Positions 9,091 to 17,814 of a stretch of DNA of 64,000 nucleotides are shown here, in pieces. The stretch is from assembly GCA_963732635.1 (NCBI GenBank), contig CAVTAL010000012.1, positions 8,308 to 72,307 of the forward strand, written 5' to 3'. A program made the position numbers and the translations under genes. The notes below the pieces were generated by a model. That model made no database searches, was not told where the DNA came from, and worked only from the letters and a program-made list of their open reading frames with translations. This DNA is from an uncultured Alphaproteobacteria bacterium (GTDB lineage Bacteria; Pseudomonadota; Alphaproteobacteria; Rhizobiales; Hyphomicrobiaceae). Numbering within the stretch: the first letter of the stretch is position 1; every line of letters begins with the position of its first letter.

Positions 9091-10281
9091 GTGACGGTGA
9101 TGCCGAAGGCGGTCGTCGCGGAATTGTGGTCACAGCGGGCGCGTCGCCTGGTCCATCACGCCTTGGAAGCGGGGTTCGGTCACTCGCTGACCGGCACCTT
9201 CGTGAGCGGCTTCGTGATCTCATTGGCAATGGCGAATGTGCTCGCCTGCGCGGCATGGTCAGTGCCGGATATCCGCGCGGCGTATGGACCTTGGATCTCG
9301 GCCTTCGATGTCGTGTCGGCGCTGATCTTCGGAGGTGAGTACCTGTTGCGTCTATGGTCCTGCACCGAGTTGCCGTTTTTCGCTCAAGGCGCGCCTTGGC
9401 GTGAGCGACTGCGCTATGCGGCGCAGCCGATGCAGGTGGTTGATCTGCTGTCGTTCGTGCCAACCATGGTTGGGTTGCTTACTGGCATCAGCATGTGGGC
9501 GGCGATGATGCTACGCTTCCTCAAGATTGCGCGCTACAGCCCGGCGCTGCATACGCTCGGCCGAGTCATCGCGGCCGAGCGTGGCGCCCTGTTCGGAGCC
9601 CTGGTGATCATGTCTGGGCTTGTGATGTTCGCCGCGACGGTGATGTATTTCATCGAGCGCCACGTGCAGCCGGTGACTTTCGGCAGTATTCCGGCGGCGG
9701 CCTGGTGGTCGGTGGTGACACTGGCCACAATCGGTTACGGAGACGCGGTGCCGATCACGCCGCTGGGCAAATTGTTCGCCGGCGTTATGGTGATTGCCGG
9801 TATCGCCGCTTTCGCCTTGCCGTTTGGTATCATCGCCACGGGTTTCGGCCGTGAGGCGACGCGGCGCGACTTCCTGGTGTCGTGGCTGCTGGTGGCACGG
9901 GTGCCGTTGTTCGGCGGTCTCGATGCGGCGGCGGTGTCGCAGATCATCACACTGCTGCATTCGCGGACTTTCGAGACGGGTGATGTGATCGTCAGGCGCG
10001 GCATGCCCGGCGACAGCATGTTCTTCCTGGTCTCCGGCGATGTTATCGTTGAGACCGAAACCGGTGAAGTGCTGTTGAAGGAGGGCGACTTCTTCGGCGA
10101 GATGGCGCTGCTTGAGCATCGGCCGCGCTCCAGTACGGTGCGGGCGTCGACGCGGGTCCGCGCCCTGGTGCTTGATCGCGAGGATCTTGAGCGGCTCGCC
10201 CGCCGGCATCCGGCGATCATGGCGCGCATTCGCGAGGTGGCCGCCAGCCGGCGCCGCACTGACAAGGGGCAGATCGCCTGA
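9091..10281 (+). CDS. cyclic-nucleotide-gated potassium channel (MloK1-like)
   Basis: The K+ selectivity filter TLATIGYGD follows a pore helix. The C-terminal cNMP-binding domain has FFGEMALL...RSSTVRA. GTG at 9091 abuts the permease stop; an alternative ATG is at 9100. Confidence 0.9.
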   Translation: MTVMPKAVVAELWSQRARRLVHHALEAGFGHSLTGTFVSGFVISLAMANVLACAAWSVPDIRAAYGPWISAFDVVSALIFGGEYLLRLWSCTELPFFAQGAPWRERLRYAAQPMQVVDLLSFVPTMVGLLTGISMWAAMMLRFLKIARYSPALHTLGRVIAAERGALFGALVIMSGLVMFAATVMYFIERHVQPVTFGSIPAAAWWSVVTLATIGYGDAVPITPLGKLFAGVMVIAGIAAFALPFGIIATGFGREATRRDFLVSWLLVARVPLFGGLDAAAVSQIITLLHSRTFETGDVIVRRGMPGDSMFFLVSGDVIVETETGEVLLKEGDFFGEMALLEHRPRSSTVRASTRVRALVLDREDLERLARRHPAIMARIREVAASRRRTDKGQIA

Positions 10282-10284
10282 GGC

Positions 10285-10578
10285 TCAAGCGGCGGCGGCC
10301 AGGTTCAAGCGGCGGGCAAGACTTGGCCATTTCAGGGCAATGTGGCGGGCGCACCTGGCCTTCATCCGATGCTTGATCGGCGCGAATGCCCAGCGGTCGA
10401 TCTGGTCGCTCATGCACTTGCAGGCGAGATAGGCGCCGAACGCCTTGGCGAACTCCGCCCAGCTGAGCCGCGGAAACCAGACCACGATATCGACGATGTC
10501 GAAATCGAGCAGCCACTTGTCGAGCAGACCGGAGAACGGGACGACGATCGCGAGATCGCAGGGAAGAAAAATCGGCAT
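10285..10578 (-). CDS. hypothetical protein (97 aa)
   Basis: ATG-initiated ORF, convergent with the channel gene and 3 nt from it. I recognise no motif, so the coding status is uncertain. Confidence 0.35.
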   Translation of the reverse strand: MPIFLPCDLAIVVPFSGLLDKWLLDFDIVDIVVWFPRLSWAEFAKAFGAYLACKCMSDQIDRWAFAPIKHRMKARCARHIALKWPSLARRLNLAAAA

Positions 10579-10820
10579 CGGGCACCATCCGTTGAGGATC
10601 GGGGGTGAAGCCCGGAGGATCGAGGGGTGCGCGGCATGCGGGGCCTGCGAAGGCGACGGAGGTGCGGCGAGGCGTCAATCGGCGAATGATGGGCAATCCC
10701 GCCATTGCGAGTGCGGAGCGATCGGTCGAAATGGAATGAGTGCTGATTGGTTTCTGAAAACTTCCAGCGTCCTTAATTTCGCGGAAAGTCATGGCCTTAG
10801 GCCAAGTCGGCTCACGTGCG

Positions 10821-10845
10821 AATGCAACGAAATGCGATGCAATGC
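10821..10845. promoter_or_regulatory. three AATGC pentamers at exact 10-bp spacing plus the palindrome CAATGCATTG; candidate operator
   Basis: AATGC occurs at 10821, 10831 and 10841. The 10-bp palindrome is at 10840-10849. The stretch is relatively AT-rich and lies 70-95 bp upstream of the ATG at 10917. Confidence 0.3.
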
Positions 10846-10916
10846 ATTGAATTGCCATTGAGAAAACGCATCTGCAATGTGCAAAATATCGAATACGCCG
10901 CACAGGAAAGCATCGA

Positions 10917-11489
10917 ATGCTCGAGCATGGTGATCGCGTCGGCTCGCAAGGTGAAGCGCAAATGGCCGCTGACGGTTTTGAACCCGATTTTTCCTCGCCG
11001 CTCGTCGCCGCGTTCGAAAAGCATGTGCAACTGCCGCTGATGGCGCAGGCTGGAGCATTTCCCGCCGAGGTGTCGGGGCTGATCGAAACCTTTCGCAATC
11101 GGTTGGCATTGCTGGAGCAATTGGTGCCGGGCCAGCCGGTGGCGCGCGCCACCGTCGCCGCCAACGGCAGTCATGCCCCGGAGCCACCAATGAGCTTTGC
11201 GAACGAGCCCGACGACATCGGCCGCAATCAGCGCAGCCGGGTGCGCGAACTGATGCTGTTGGAAGCGCTTGAGGCCGAACATCACGCGCTGTCGCTGCCG
11301 CAGTTGACGCGGGCGCTGACCGAAGCCGGCTTCGACGACACCAGTGCCGCGATCGTCTCGCAACTGCACCGCCTGAAGAAGCTCGGTGTCATCGCCCAGC
11401 CGGCCAACGGCATGTATGTGCTGACCCAGGATGGCGTGCTGCACGTGCGCGAACTGCGCCGGAACTTTGGCCACTTGAAGCCGCGTTGA
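10917..11489 (+). CDS. hypothetical protein with C-terminal winged-helix-like segment
   Basis: 190-aa ORF. The C-terminal LSLPQLTRALTEAGFDDTSAAIVSQLHRLKKLGVIAQPANGMYVLT resembles a wHTH DNA-binding fold. No family was recognised. Confidence 0.5.
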   Translation: MLEHGDRVGSQGEAQMAADGFEPDFSSPLVAAFEKHVQLPLMAQAGAFPAEVSGLIETFRNRLALLEQLVPGQPVARATVAANGSHAPEPPMSFANEPDDIGRNQRSRVRELMLLEALEAEHHALSLPQLTRALTEAGFDDTSAAIVSQLHRLKKLGVIAQPANGMYVLTQDGVLHVRELRRNFGHLKPR

Positions 11490-11604
11490 AATGGCGACCG
11501 GCGCGCTCGCCTGTTCCAATCTCCGCCGTATTCAGCTTCAATATGAGCAGCAGCGAATTCGAGCCCTGGCGCTTGCGGCCAGGGGTGAAACGGGGATTGC
11601 CGCC

Positions 11605-12399
11605 ATGTGCCGCTGGATCGCCTATGTCGGAGAGCCGGTATTCGTCGAGGACTTCGTCTGCGTGCCGTGCCAGTCACTGATCGCGCAGTCGCGACGTTCC
11701 CGCGAGACGCATGTCGAGACCAACGCCGACGGGTTCGGCATCGGCTGGTACGGCGAGCGGCCGACCCCCGGCGTGTTTCGCGACATCCGTCCGGCCTGGA
11801 GCGACGAGAACCTGAAGAGCCTCGCCCACCAGATCCGCGCGCCGCTCTATTTCGCCCATGTGCGCGCCTCGACCGGCACCGCCACCACGCGCGCCAACTG
11901 CCATCCCTTCAGTCACGGCCGGCACCTGTTCATGCACAACGGCCAGATCGGCGGCTTCGACAAGCTGCGGCGCCGTTTCGATGCGTTGATCCCGGACGCG
12001 CTCTACGAAGCGCGCGGCGGCACCACCGACAGCGAGGCGATCTTCCTCATGATGCTGGGCGATGACCTCGACCGTCAGCCGAAGGCGGCGTGCGACCGCA
12101 TGATTGCGACCGTCGCGCGGCTGCAAGCCGAGGCCGGTATCACGGAAGCGTTTCGCTTCACCGCTGCCTGGAGCGATGGCAGCACGATCTATGCCGCGCG
12201 CTATGCCAGCGACTTGCAGCCGCCGTCGCTCTACACCAAGACGCTCGGCGCCAACGCCGGCATGCTCGTGGTTTCAGAGCCGCTCGACGATGTCCGCGAC
12301 GGCTGGCAGGCGGTGCCGCCGCAGAGCTTCGTGACCGTGACGCGCGAGCGCGTTACGGTGGAGCCGATCAGTGTGCCGATGCTCGCGGCGGTGGCTTGA
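11605..12399 (+). CDS. class II (Ntn) glutamine amidotransferase, YafJ/EgtC-like
   Basis: The in-frame ATG at 11605 gives MCRWIAYVG, with the nucleophile Cys directly after the initiator Met. DGFGIGWY and CHPF motifs follow. Confidence 0.85.
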   Translation: MCRWIAYVGEPVFVEDFVCVPCQSLIAQSRRSRETHVETNADGFGIGWYGERPTPGVFRDIRPAWSDENLKSLAHQIRAPLYFAHVRASTGTATTRANCHPFSHGRHLFMHNGQIGGFDKLRRRFDALIPDALYEARGGTTDSEAIFLMMLGDDLDRQPKAACDRMIATVARLQAEAGITEAFRFTAAWSDGSTIYAARYASDLQPPSLYTKTLGANAGMLVVSEPLDDVRDGWQAVPPQSFVTVTRERVTVEPISVPMLAAVA

Positions 12400-12413
12400 A
12401 CGGGAGGTCGTAG

Positions 12414-12731
12414 ATGCTGGTGGTGGTCGTATTCTTCGAGGCCGAGCAGGATCACATTACTGATCTCGGCATGGCGCTGTTGGAGCACGCCCGCAACAGC
12501 CTCGCGCTGGAAATTGGTTGTCGCCAGTTCAACGTGGCGCAGGACCCAATCGATCCGGCCGGCTATTTTCTCTACGAAGTCTACGACGACGAGGCGGCCT
12601 TCAAGTTCCATTGCGACAGCGACCACTTCGCCGCGATGGCAGCAAAGTGCACGCCGTGGATCGCGTCAAAGAAGGTACTGACCTACACCTTGCTGCAAGG
12701 CCAGCACGTGCCCGACGCCGGGCGGGCCTGA
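12414..12731 (+). CDS. antibiotic-biosynthesis-monooxygenase (ABM) domain protein
   Basis: 105 aa, beginning MLVVVVFFEA, with YFLYEVYDDEAAFKFHCDSDHF typical of the ferredoxin-like ABM fold. GGGAGG lies 7 nt upstream of the ATG. Confidence 0.8.
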   Translation: MLVVVVFFEAEQDHITDLGMALLEHARNSLALEIGCRQFNVAQDPIDPAGYFLYEVYDDEAAFKFHCDSDHFAAMAAKCTPWIASKKVLTYTLLQGQHVPDAGRA

Positions 12732-12751
12732 GCGCCATTACTCTGCCGCCG

Positions 12752-13310
12752 TCAACCGCCCGGCTGACAGACCGGCGCGCACGCCAGCCGAAAGTGTCCG
12801 GGCCGACGCTGCGCTGATAAGTATGCGCCACCGCCGGAATCGGCCCGCTGCTCCAGCGCCTCGATGGTGGCCGCATTGACGATTTCGAGGGCGTCGAAGC
12901 CCGAGCGCAGCATCAATGGCAATTGGTCAAGCAGGACATCGCCGGTGGCGCGGATCTCGCCCTCGAAGCCCCATTGCTCGCGCAGGCGGCGGGCGGTCGA
13001 ATAGGCGCGACCGTCAGTGAATTTCGAAAACGACAGCGCGATTACGCCGAGCCGGTCGAGATTGTCGATCGCCGGGTCGAGTGTGTCGCCTGGCTCGACG
13101 CGGATGCCGATCGCCTGGCCATTGGAGGTCAGGCGAAGGCTGCTCGGCGCGCCACCGCTTCAGCGAGACGATGGCGTGCCCGTTGATCGGCGGTTCCTGA
13201 TCATCGGCAACCGGTCGCCAGTCGTCGGCAGCGAAACGGTTGTCCTTCCAAAGCCGCGCTTCGGTCGAAGCGGCGCGCAGCGGCGCCAGTAAAGGCTTGG
13301 GCTCAGCCAT
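12752..13310 (-). pseudogene. DUF934 protein (sulfite-reductase-associated), frame-disrupted
   Basis: ATG at 13310 overlaps the cysI stop (ATGGCTGA). MAEPKPLL...SLKRWRAEQ is in one frame. GIRVEPGDTLDPAIDNLDRLGVIALSFSKFTDGRAYSTARRLREQWGFEGEIRATGDVLLDQLPLMLRSGFDALEIV is in a second frame. A YQ-containing tail (AHTYQRSVGPDTF) is in a third frame. The 3' end is uncertain (12738-12752). Confidence 0.7.
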
Positions 13311-15004
13311 CGATGGTCTCCAGATCTTCGGCCGGAATGCGATGCGCATCGGCGCCGTAAAGGGCTAAGCGGAACGGTGTCTTGCCGAGCCGGCGATAGG
13401 CTGCGAGGAAAGTTTCCGAGCGATCGAGGCGGCGGTCGAGATAGGTCTCGACGATGGTCTCGATCGCGCCGGGCAGATCCTGCGCGGTGAAGCTCGGGCC
13501 GACGATGTCGCCGATCTCGGCGTCGTCCTTCGGGCTGCCGCCGAGTGTGACCTGGTAGTGCTCGGTGCCCTTCTTGTCGACGCCGAGAATGCCGATGTTG
13601 CCGGCATGATGATGACCGCAGGCATTGATGCAGCCGGAGATGTTGAGACGGAGCGGCCCGATCGCCTCGGCTTTGATCGGGATCGGCGAACTTCTTTGCG
13701 ATCTCCTGCGCGATCGGAATGGCGCGGGCATTGGCGAGGTTGCAGTAGTCGAGGCCGGGGCAGGCGATGATGTCGGTGATCAACTCGGTATTGGCGGTGG
13801 CGAGGCCGCTCGCGATCAGGCCGTCATACACCGCCGCCAGATCGCGCACGGCGACGTTCGGCAGCACCAAGTTCTGCTGGTAGGTGACGCGGATCTCGTC
13901 GTGAGCAAAGCGTTCGGCAAGTTCGGCGACCGCCTCCATCTGCTCGGCCGAGGCGTCGCCGGGGATCTTGCCCGGCTCCTTCAGCTGGATGTTGACGATG
14001 GCGTGGCCGGGTACCCGATGCGGTGCAACGTTAAGGCGAACCCAGCGATCGAAGCTGTTGTCGGCGCGGCGACGCGCATCGATGCCGGCATCGCGGGCGG
14101 GCGCCTTCTTCAACGGGAGCGGCTTGAAGTGGGCGGCGATGCGCGCCTGCTCATCGGCCGGCAGATCAATCGACGGAGCATCAAGGGTCGCCCACTCGGC
14201 CTCGACTTGCCGGCGGAACTCGTCGAGCCCGAGCGCATTGACGAGGATCTTGATGCGCGCCTTGTAGATGTTGTCGCGGCGGCCGTGGAGGTTGTAGACC
14301 CGCATGATCGCTTCCAGATAGGACAGCAACCGCTCGCGCGGCAGGAAGGCGTTGATCAATTGCGCGACGTAAGGGGTGCGGCCCTGACCGCCGCCGACAT
14401 AAACCTTGAAGCCGGTGACGCCCTTCGGACCCTTGACGATTTTCAAGCCGATGTCGTGGAACAGGATAGCGGCGCGATCCTCGGCGGCGCCAGTGATTGC
14501 GATCTTGAACTTGCGCGGCAGGAACGTGAACTCGGGGTGGATGGTCGACCACTGGCGCAGCACCTCGGCCCACACCCGTGGGTCCTCGATCTCGTCGGCG
14601 GCGACGCCGGCATAGGGGTCTGCAGTGACGTTGCGAATGCAGTTGCCGCTGGTCTGGATGGCGTGCATGTCGACTTGCGACAACGCATCGAGGATGTCGG
14701 GCGCATCTTCCAGGCGAGTCCAGTTGAATTGGATGTTCTGGCGGGTGGTGAAGTGGCCAAAATTGCGGTCCCACTTGCGCGCGATCAACGCCAGCTGGCG
14801 CATCTGTCTGGCTGCCAGCACGCCATAGGGAATGGCGATGCGCAGCATGTAGGCGTGCAGTTGGAGGTAGAGGCCGTTCTGCAGTCGCAGCGGCTTGAAT
14901 TGCTCTTCCGTCAGCGCGCCGGACAGGCGGCGCTCGACCTGGCCGCGGAACTGTTGGGCGCGTTCGGTAACGAAGTCGCGATCGAAATTGTCGTAACGGT
15001 ACAT
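13303..15004 (-). pseudogene. cysI: ferredoxin-type sulfite/nitrite reductase hemoprotein, one frame disruption
   Basis: ATG at 15004 (MYRYDNFDRDFV...) reads through ...IAQEIAKKFADPD. The siroheme/4Fe-4S cysteine motif region KAEAIGPLRLNISGCINACGHHHAGNIGILGVDKKG continues in another frame (ORF 13303..13731). The switch is near 13675-13685. Confidence 0.85.
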
Positions 15005-15015
15005 CGGACTGATCC

Positions 15016-15282
15016 TCAGACGCTGGGCACGTGGGCGGCGCGGATCCATTCGCGCACCGACACGGGGCTCGGGCCGGCGTCGGTAACGCGCACCTGCATG
15101 GCGTAAACGGCGGTGACCTCGGTGCGCAACACGGCGTCGAGCGCCTGGGCCTCAAGGGTTTCGAAATCTCCAGAGTTGGCAGCAACGGTTGCGTCGGCCA
15201 GATCGCGAACCCAACGGGCCTCGGGGCCAAGATAGACGACGAGGCCGGAGCGCAGGTCGTTGGCGGTGATGACGCTAGGCAT
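15016..15282 (-). CDS. DUF2849 domain protein
   Basis: ATG at 15282 gives MPSVITANDLRSGLVVYLG. The small protein sits between cobA and cysI, as in other alphaproteobacterial sulfite-reductase clusters. Its start overlaps the cobA 3' end by 8 nt. Confidence 0.8.
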   Translation of the reverse strand: MPSVITANDLRSGLVVYLGPEARWVRDLADATVAANSGDFETLEAQALDAVLRTEVTAVYAMQVRVTDAGPSPVSVREWIRAAHVPSV

Positions 15283-16087
15283 GGGAGTGCTCCTGCAGCG
15301 AGGGCTGGGCGGGGACGCGCGCGATGTGAGTGACACTGCCGGCGGCGGGCAGGCTTGCGACCTCACCAACGATCAACAAGGTTGGCCCGGATAGGCCAAG
15401 GCTTTCTGGGTTGAGCGAGAGCTGGTCGAGCGAGGTCGCAACTCGACGTTCGTTCGGCTGCGAGGCGCGCTCTATCGCCATCACCGGCGTTGCCGGCGAC
15501 CAGGCAGCGGCAATCAGTGTCTCGGCCAGGATGCCGGCGGTGGCGAGGCCCATGTAGACCACGAGCGTCGACCGGCCATTGGCAAGGGCCGCGAAATCGC
15601 ATTGATCGAACGCAGGTGCGCCATCGCCAGCCGCGTGGCCGGATAAGAAGGTCACCGAGCGCGATACGTCGCGATGGGTCAGTGGGATCTGCAGCGACGC
15701 CGATGCAGCGGTTGCAGCCGTGATGCCGGGAATGACTTCGACCGGGATGCCGGAAGCACGGAGGATGTCGATCTCCTCGCCGCCGCGACCGAACACAAAC
15801 GGATCGCCACCCTTAAGCCTCACGACGGTGTTGCCCTGGCGCGCGAACCACACGATCAAACCGTTGATCTCGGCCTGGGTCTTTGAATGCCGGCCGCGCG
15901 CCTTGGCGACCGATATCACCTGGGCATCGACGCGGGCATGATCGAGCACACCTTGCGAGACGTGGCCGTCATGCAGAATGACATCGGCATCGCGAATGGC
16001 GCGCACCGCCTTCACGGTCAACAAGTCGGGATCGCCGGGGCCGGCACCGACCAGCAGTACGCGTCCGATGGCGTCAGGTGCTGTCAT
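15275..16087 (-). CDS. cobA: uroporphyrinogen-III C-methyltransferase (siroheme branch)
   Basis: 270 aa with VGAGPGDPDLLTVKA and LKGGDPFVFGRGGEE, the tetrapyrrole methylase signatures. Confidence 0.92.
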   Translation of the reverse strand: MTAPDAIGRVLLVGAGPGDPDLLTVKAVRAIRDADVILHDGHVSQGVLDHARVDAQVISVAKARGRHSKTQAEINGLIVWFARQGNTVVRLKGGDPFVFGRGGEEIDILRASGIPVEVIPGITAATAASASLQIPLTHRDVSRSVTFLSGHAAGDGAPAFDQCDFAALANGRSTLVVYMGLATAGILAETLIAAAWSPATPVMAIERASQPNERRVATSLDQLSLNPESLGLSGPTLLIVGEVASLPAAGSVTHIARVPAQPSLQEHSHA

Positions 16088-16090
16088 GGC

Positions 16091-16483
16091 TCAGCCCGCT
16101 ACCCAGTTGGTCTGCGGAATCAGACTGTCGGGCTGCAACTCGACTTCGAGGCCGTCGAGTTCGTCCGTCATCATTAGCTGGCAGGCGAGGCGGGAGGTTT
16201 CGTCGGCACCGGGGATCTCGTCGAGCTTGGCGAGTTCCTCATCGGATGGCGGCGGCAAGAGATGTTGCCAGGCTTCTGGTACACGGACATGGCAAGTGGC
16301 GCACACGCAGGCGCCGCCGCACTCGGCCTTGATTGGCAGCCCGTAGGCCCGCATCAAATCCATGATCCGGAAGCCGGTGGCGGCCTCCGGCTCAAAGTGC
16401 GTGCCATCGGTCAGGCGCACATGCAGCTTCAGGAACGCCGGCTCGGTGATGCTGCTGTAACCGTGTGGGACATCGAAGGGCAT
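16091..16483 (-). CDS. 2Fe-2S ferredoxin, adrenodoxin/putidaredoxin type
   Basis: 130 aa with the cluster ligand pattern CGGACVCATCHV...SRLACQL. The stop is 4 nt upstream of the cobA start. Confidence 0.88.
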   Translation of the reverse strand: MPFDVPHGYSSITEPAFLKLHVRLTDGTHFEPEAATGFRIMDLMRAYGLPIKAECGGACVCATCHVRVPEAWQHLLPPPSDEELAKLDEIPGADETSRLACQLMMTDELDGLEVELQPDSLIPQTNWVAG

Positions 16484-16508
16484 GGCGGTAACTCCAAAAT
16501 TCGATCCC

Positions 16509-16530
16509 TAGAATACAGAAAAATATTCTA
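16509..16530. promoter_or_regulatory. palindrome TAGAATA-N8-TATTCTA inside an AT-rich island upstream of the ferredoxin-cobA-cysI operon
   Basis: Perfect 7-bp arms at 16509-16515 and 16524-16530, 26-47 bp upstream of the ferredoxin ATG (16483). The surrounding ~110 bp is conspicuously AT-rich in a GC-rich window. Confidence 0.3.
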
Positions 16531-16838
16531 AATAATAGGCCATGAAGCATATAAAAATAGAAAATCATTCCTATGCGAGGCGATAAATTCACCTTCTAGC
16601 CGGCAATCTCCCGCCGATGCGCGCATTTCGCTTTGCGGCAAGGTGCGCAAAGCGGTTCCTCCATCCCAGGCCGTAAAATCGATCGCAACCCGCTTGCGTT
16701 AAGGCTATTGCCAGAACGCCGTTATCCATCAAATGAGCATTCTAACTCGCTGATTTTGGACATATTTCGACTTCATCAGCAAAGCTCGAAGCCGGGGGCA
16801 TGTAACTGCGTTCAATCCCCGTCACAAGGAGAGACCGC

Positions 16839-17537
16839 ATGCGAAACAAGATTTCACTCACCGCCTTGACCCTTGCCGGCTTGATGTCGGCCGGCGCCGC
16901 TTCGGCCGCCGATCTCGGCCCCTATCGCCGGGGTTCGGTCAAGGACGCTCCGCCGCCGGTTGCCTATAGTCGGCCGTTTAGCTGGACCGGCCTCTATGTC
17001 GGCGCCCAGGTCGGCTATGGCTGGGGCAATACCGATGCGAGTTCGGGGCCGCTGACCGGCTTTGATCAGTCGTACAGCTATGACACCAACGGTTGGGTCG
17101 GCGGCGTTCATGCCGGCTACAACTGGCAGTTCCAGAATCTCGTCTACGGCATCGAGACCGACATCGAAGCATCGAGCATCAGTGGCGGCGGACTCGGCTC
17201 GCTGGGCTTTGCCCACAATACCGAACTGAACTGGGTCGGCTCGACCCGCGGCCGACTCGGCATCGCCTATGACCGCACGCTGTTCTATGCCACCGCCGGT
17301 TGGGCCTACGGCGACGTTCGCATCGACAAGACTTTTGCCAGCTACAGCGACGTGCGGCATGGCTGGACCGCCGGTGCCGGCGTTGAGCACGCGATCAGCG
17401 ACCGCATGACCATGCGTCTGGAATATCGCTACACCGATCTCGGCTCGACGAATTTTTCGAGCAACAGTGCGAACTCGATCGACAAGAGCGAAGTCGACTT
17501 CCACACGGTTCGTGCAGGCGTAAGCTTCAAGTTCTGA
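16839..17537 (+). CDS. outer-membrane beta-barrel protein (Omp25/Omp31/RopB-like porin family)
   Basis: Signal peptide MRNKISLTALTLAGLMSAGAASA, then WTGLYVGAQVGYGWG. The C-terminal HTVRAGVSFKF is typical of the family. Confidence 0.85.
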   Translation: MRNKISLTALTLAGLMSAGAASAADLGPYRRGSVKDAPPPVAYSRPFSWTGLYVGAQVGYGWGNTDASSGPLTGFDQSYSYDTNGWVGGVHAGYNWQFQNLVYGIETDIEASSISGGGLGSLGFAHNTELNWVGSTRGRLGIAYDRTLFYATAGWAYGDVRIDKTFASYSDVRHGWTAGAGVEHAISDRMTMRLEYRYTDLGSTNFSSNSANSIDKSEVDFHTVRAGVSFKF

Positions 17538-17629
17538 TGTGTTTCTTCATGCAAGTGACTCTTGCATGGAATGTTTTATGCTCGCGTGAAGGGTAGTCGA
17601 GCCGCTTGAGTTTGGCTTTGTTGGATGAC

Positions 17630-17666
17630 TATCCCCGACACAGTGGAGGGCACTGTGTCGGGGATA
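17630..17666. terminator. perfect 16-bp GC-rich hairpin between convergent genes (no U-tract)
   Basis: TATCCCCGACACAGTG (17630-17645), loop GAGGG, CACTGTGTCGGGGATA (17651-17666). Confidence 0.35.
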
Positions 17667-17814
17667 AGCTCACGCGGGGTGAGTTGGCGGGCTGTCATCG
17701 CAAGATGGCGGCCCGTTCTGCTTTCCGAGCCTCGAATGCGCCACCAACGAACGAGGCCCCGGTACCTTGCGGTACCGGAGCCCCATGGCATTCAGGTGAC
17801 AGTTCGCCCGATTA

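Noticed and set aside
10821-10900. AATGC repeat cluster as a CRISPR or tandem-repeat array.
   Set aside because: The units are only 5 nt, with no spacer-repeat organisation and no cas genes. It is better described as a phased binding-site array.
12601-12876. 91-aa ORF on the minus strand, considered as an independent gene.
   Set aside because: Only its first ~25 codons make sense (…AHTYQRSVGPDTF), as the third-frame continuation of DUF934. The rest runs antisense through the ABM gene.
13675-13685. Programmed ribosomal frameshifting as an explanation for the split genes (cysI, lolE, ior, SBP56).
   Set aside because: I saw no slippery heptamer or downstream pseudoknot-like context at the switch points. 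The shifts are of both signs, several hit one gene, and at least one sits in a plain homopolymer. Indels, real or artefactual, are the simpler explanation.
16392-16592. 66-aa minus-strand ORF spanning the AT-rich island.
   Set aside because: It overlaps the ferredoxin start in another frame, and its N-terminal half merely translates the AT-rich promoter DNA (Phe/Ile/Tyr-rich).
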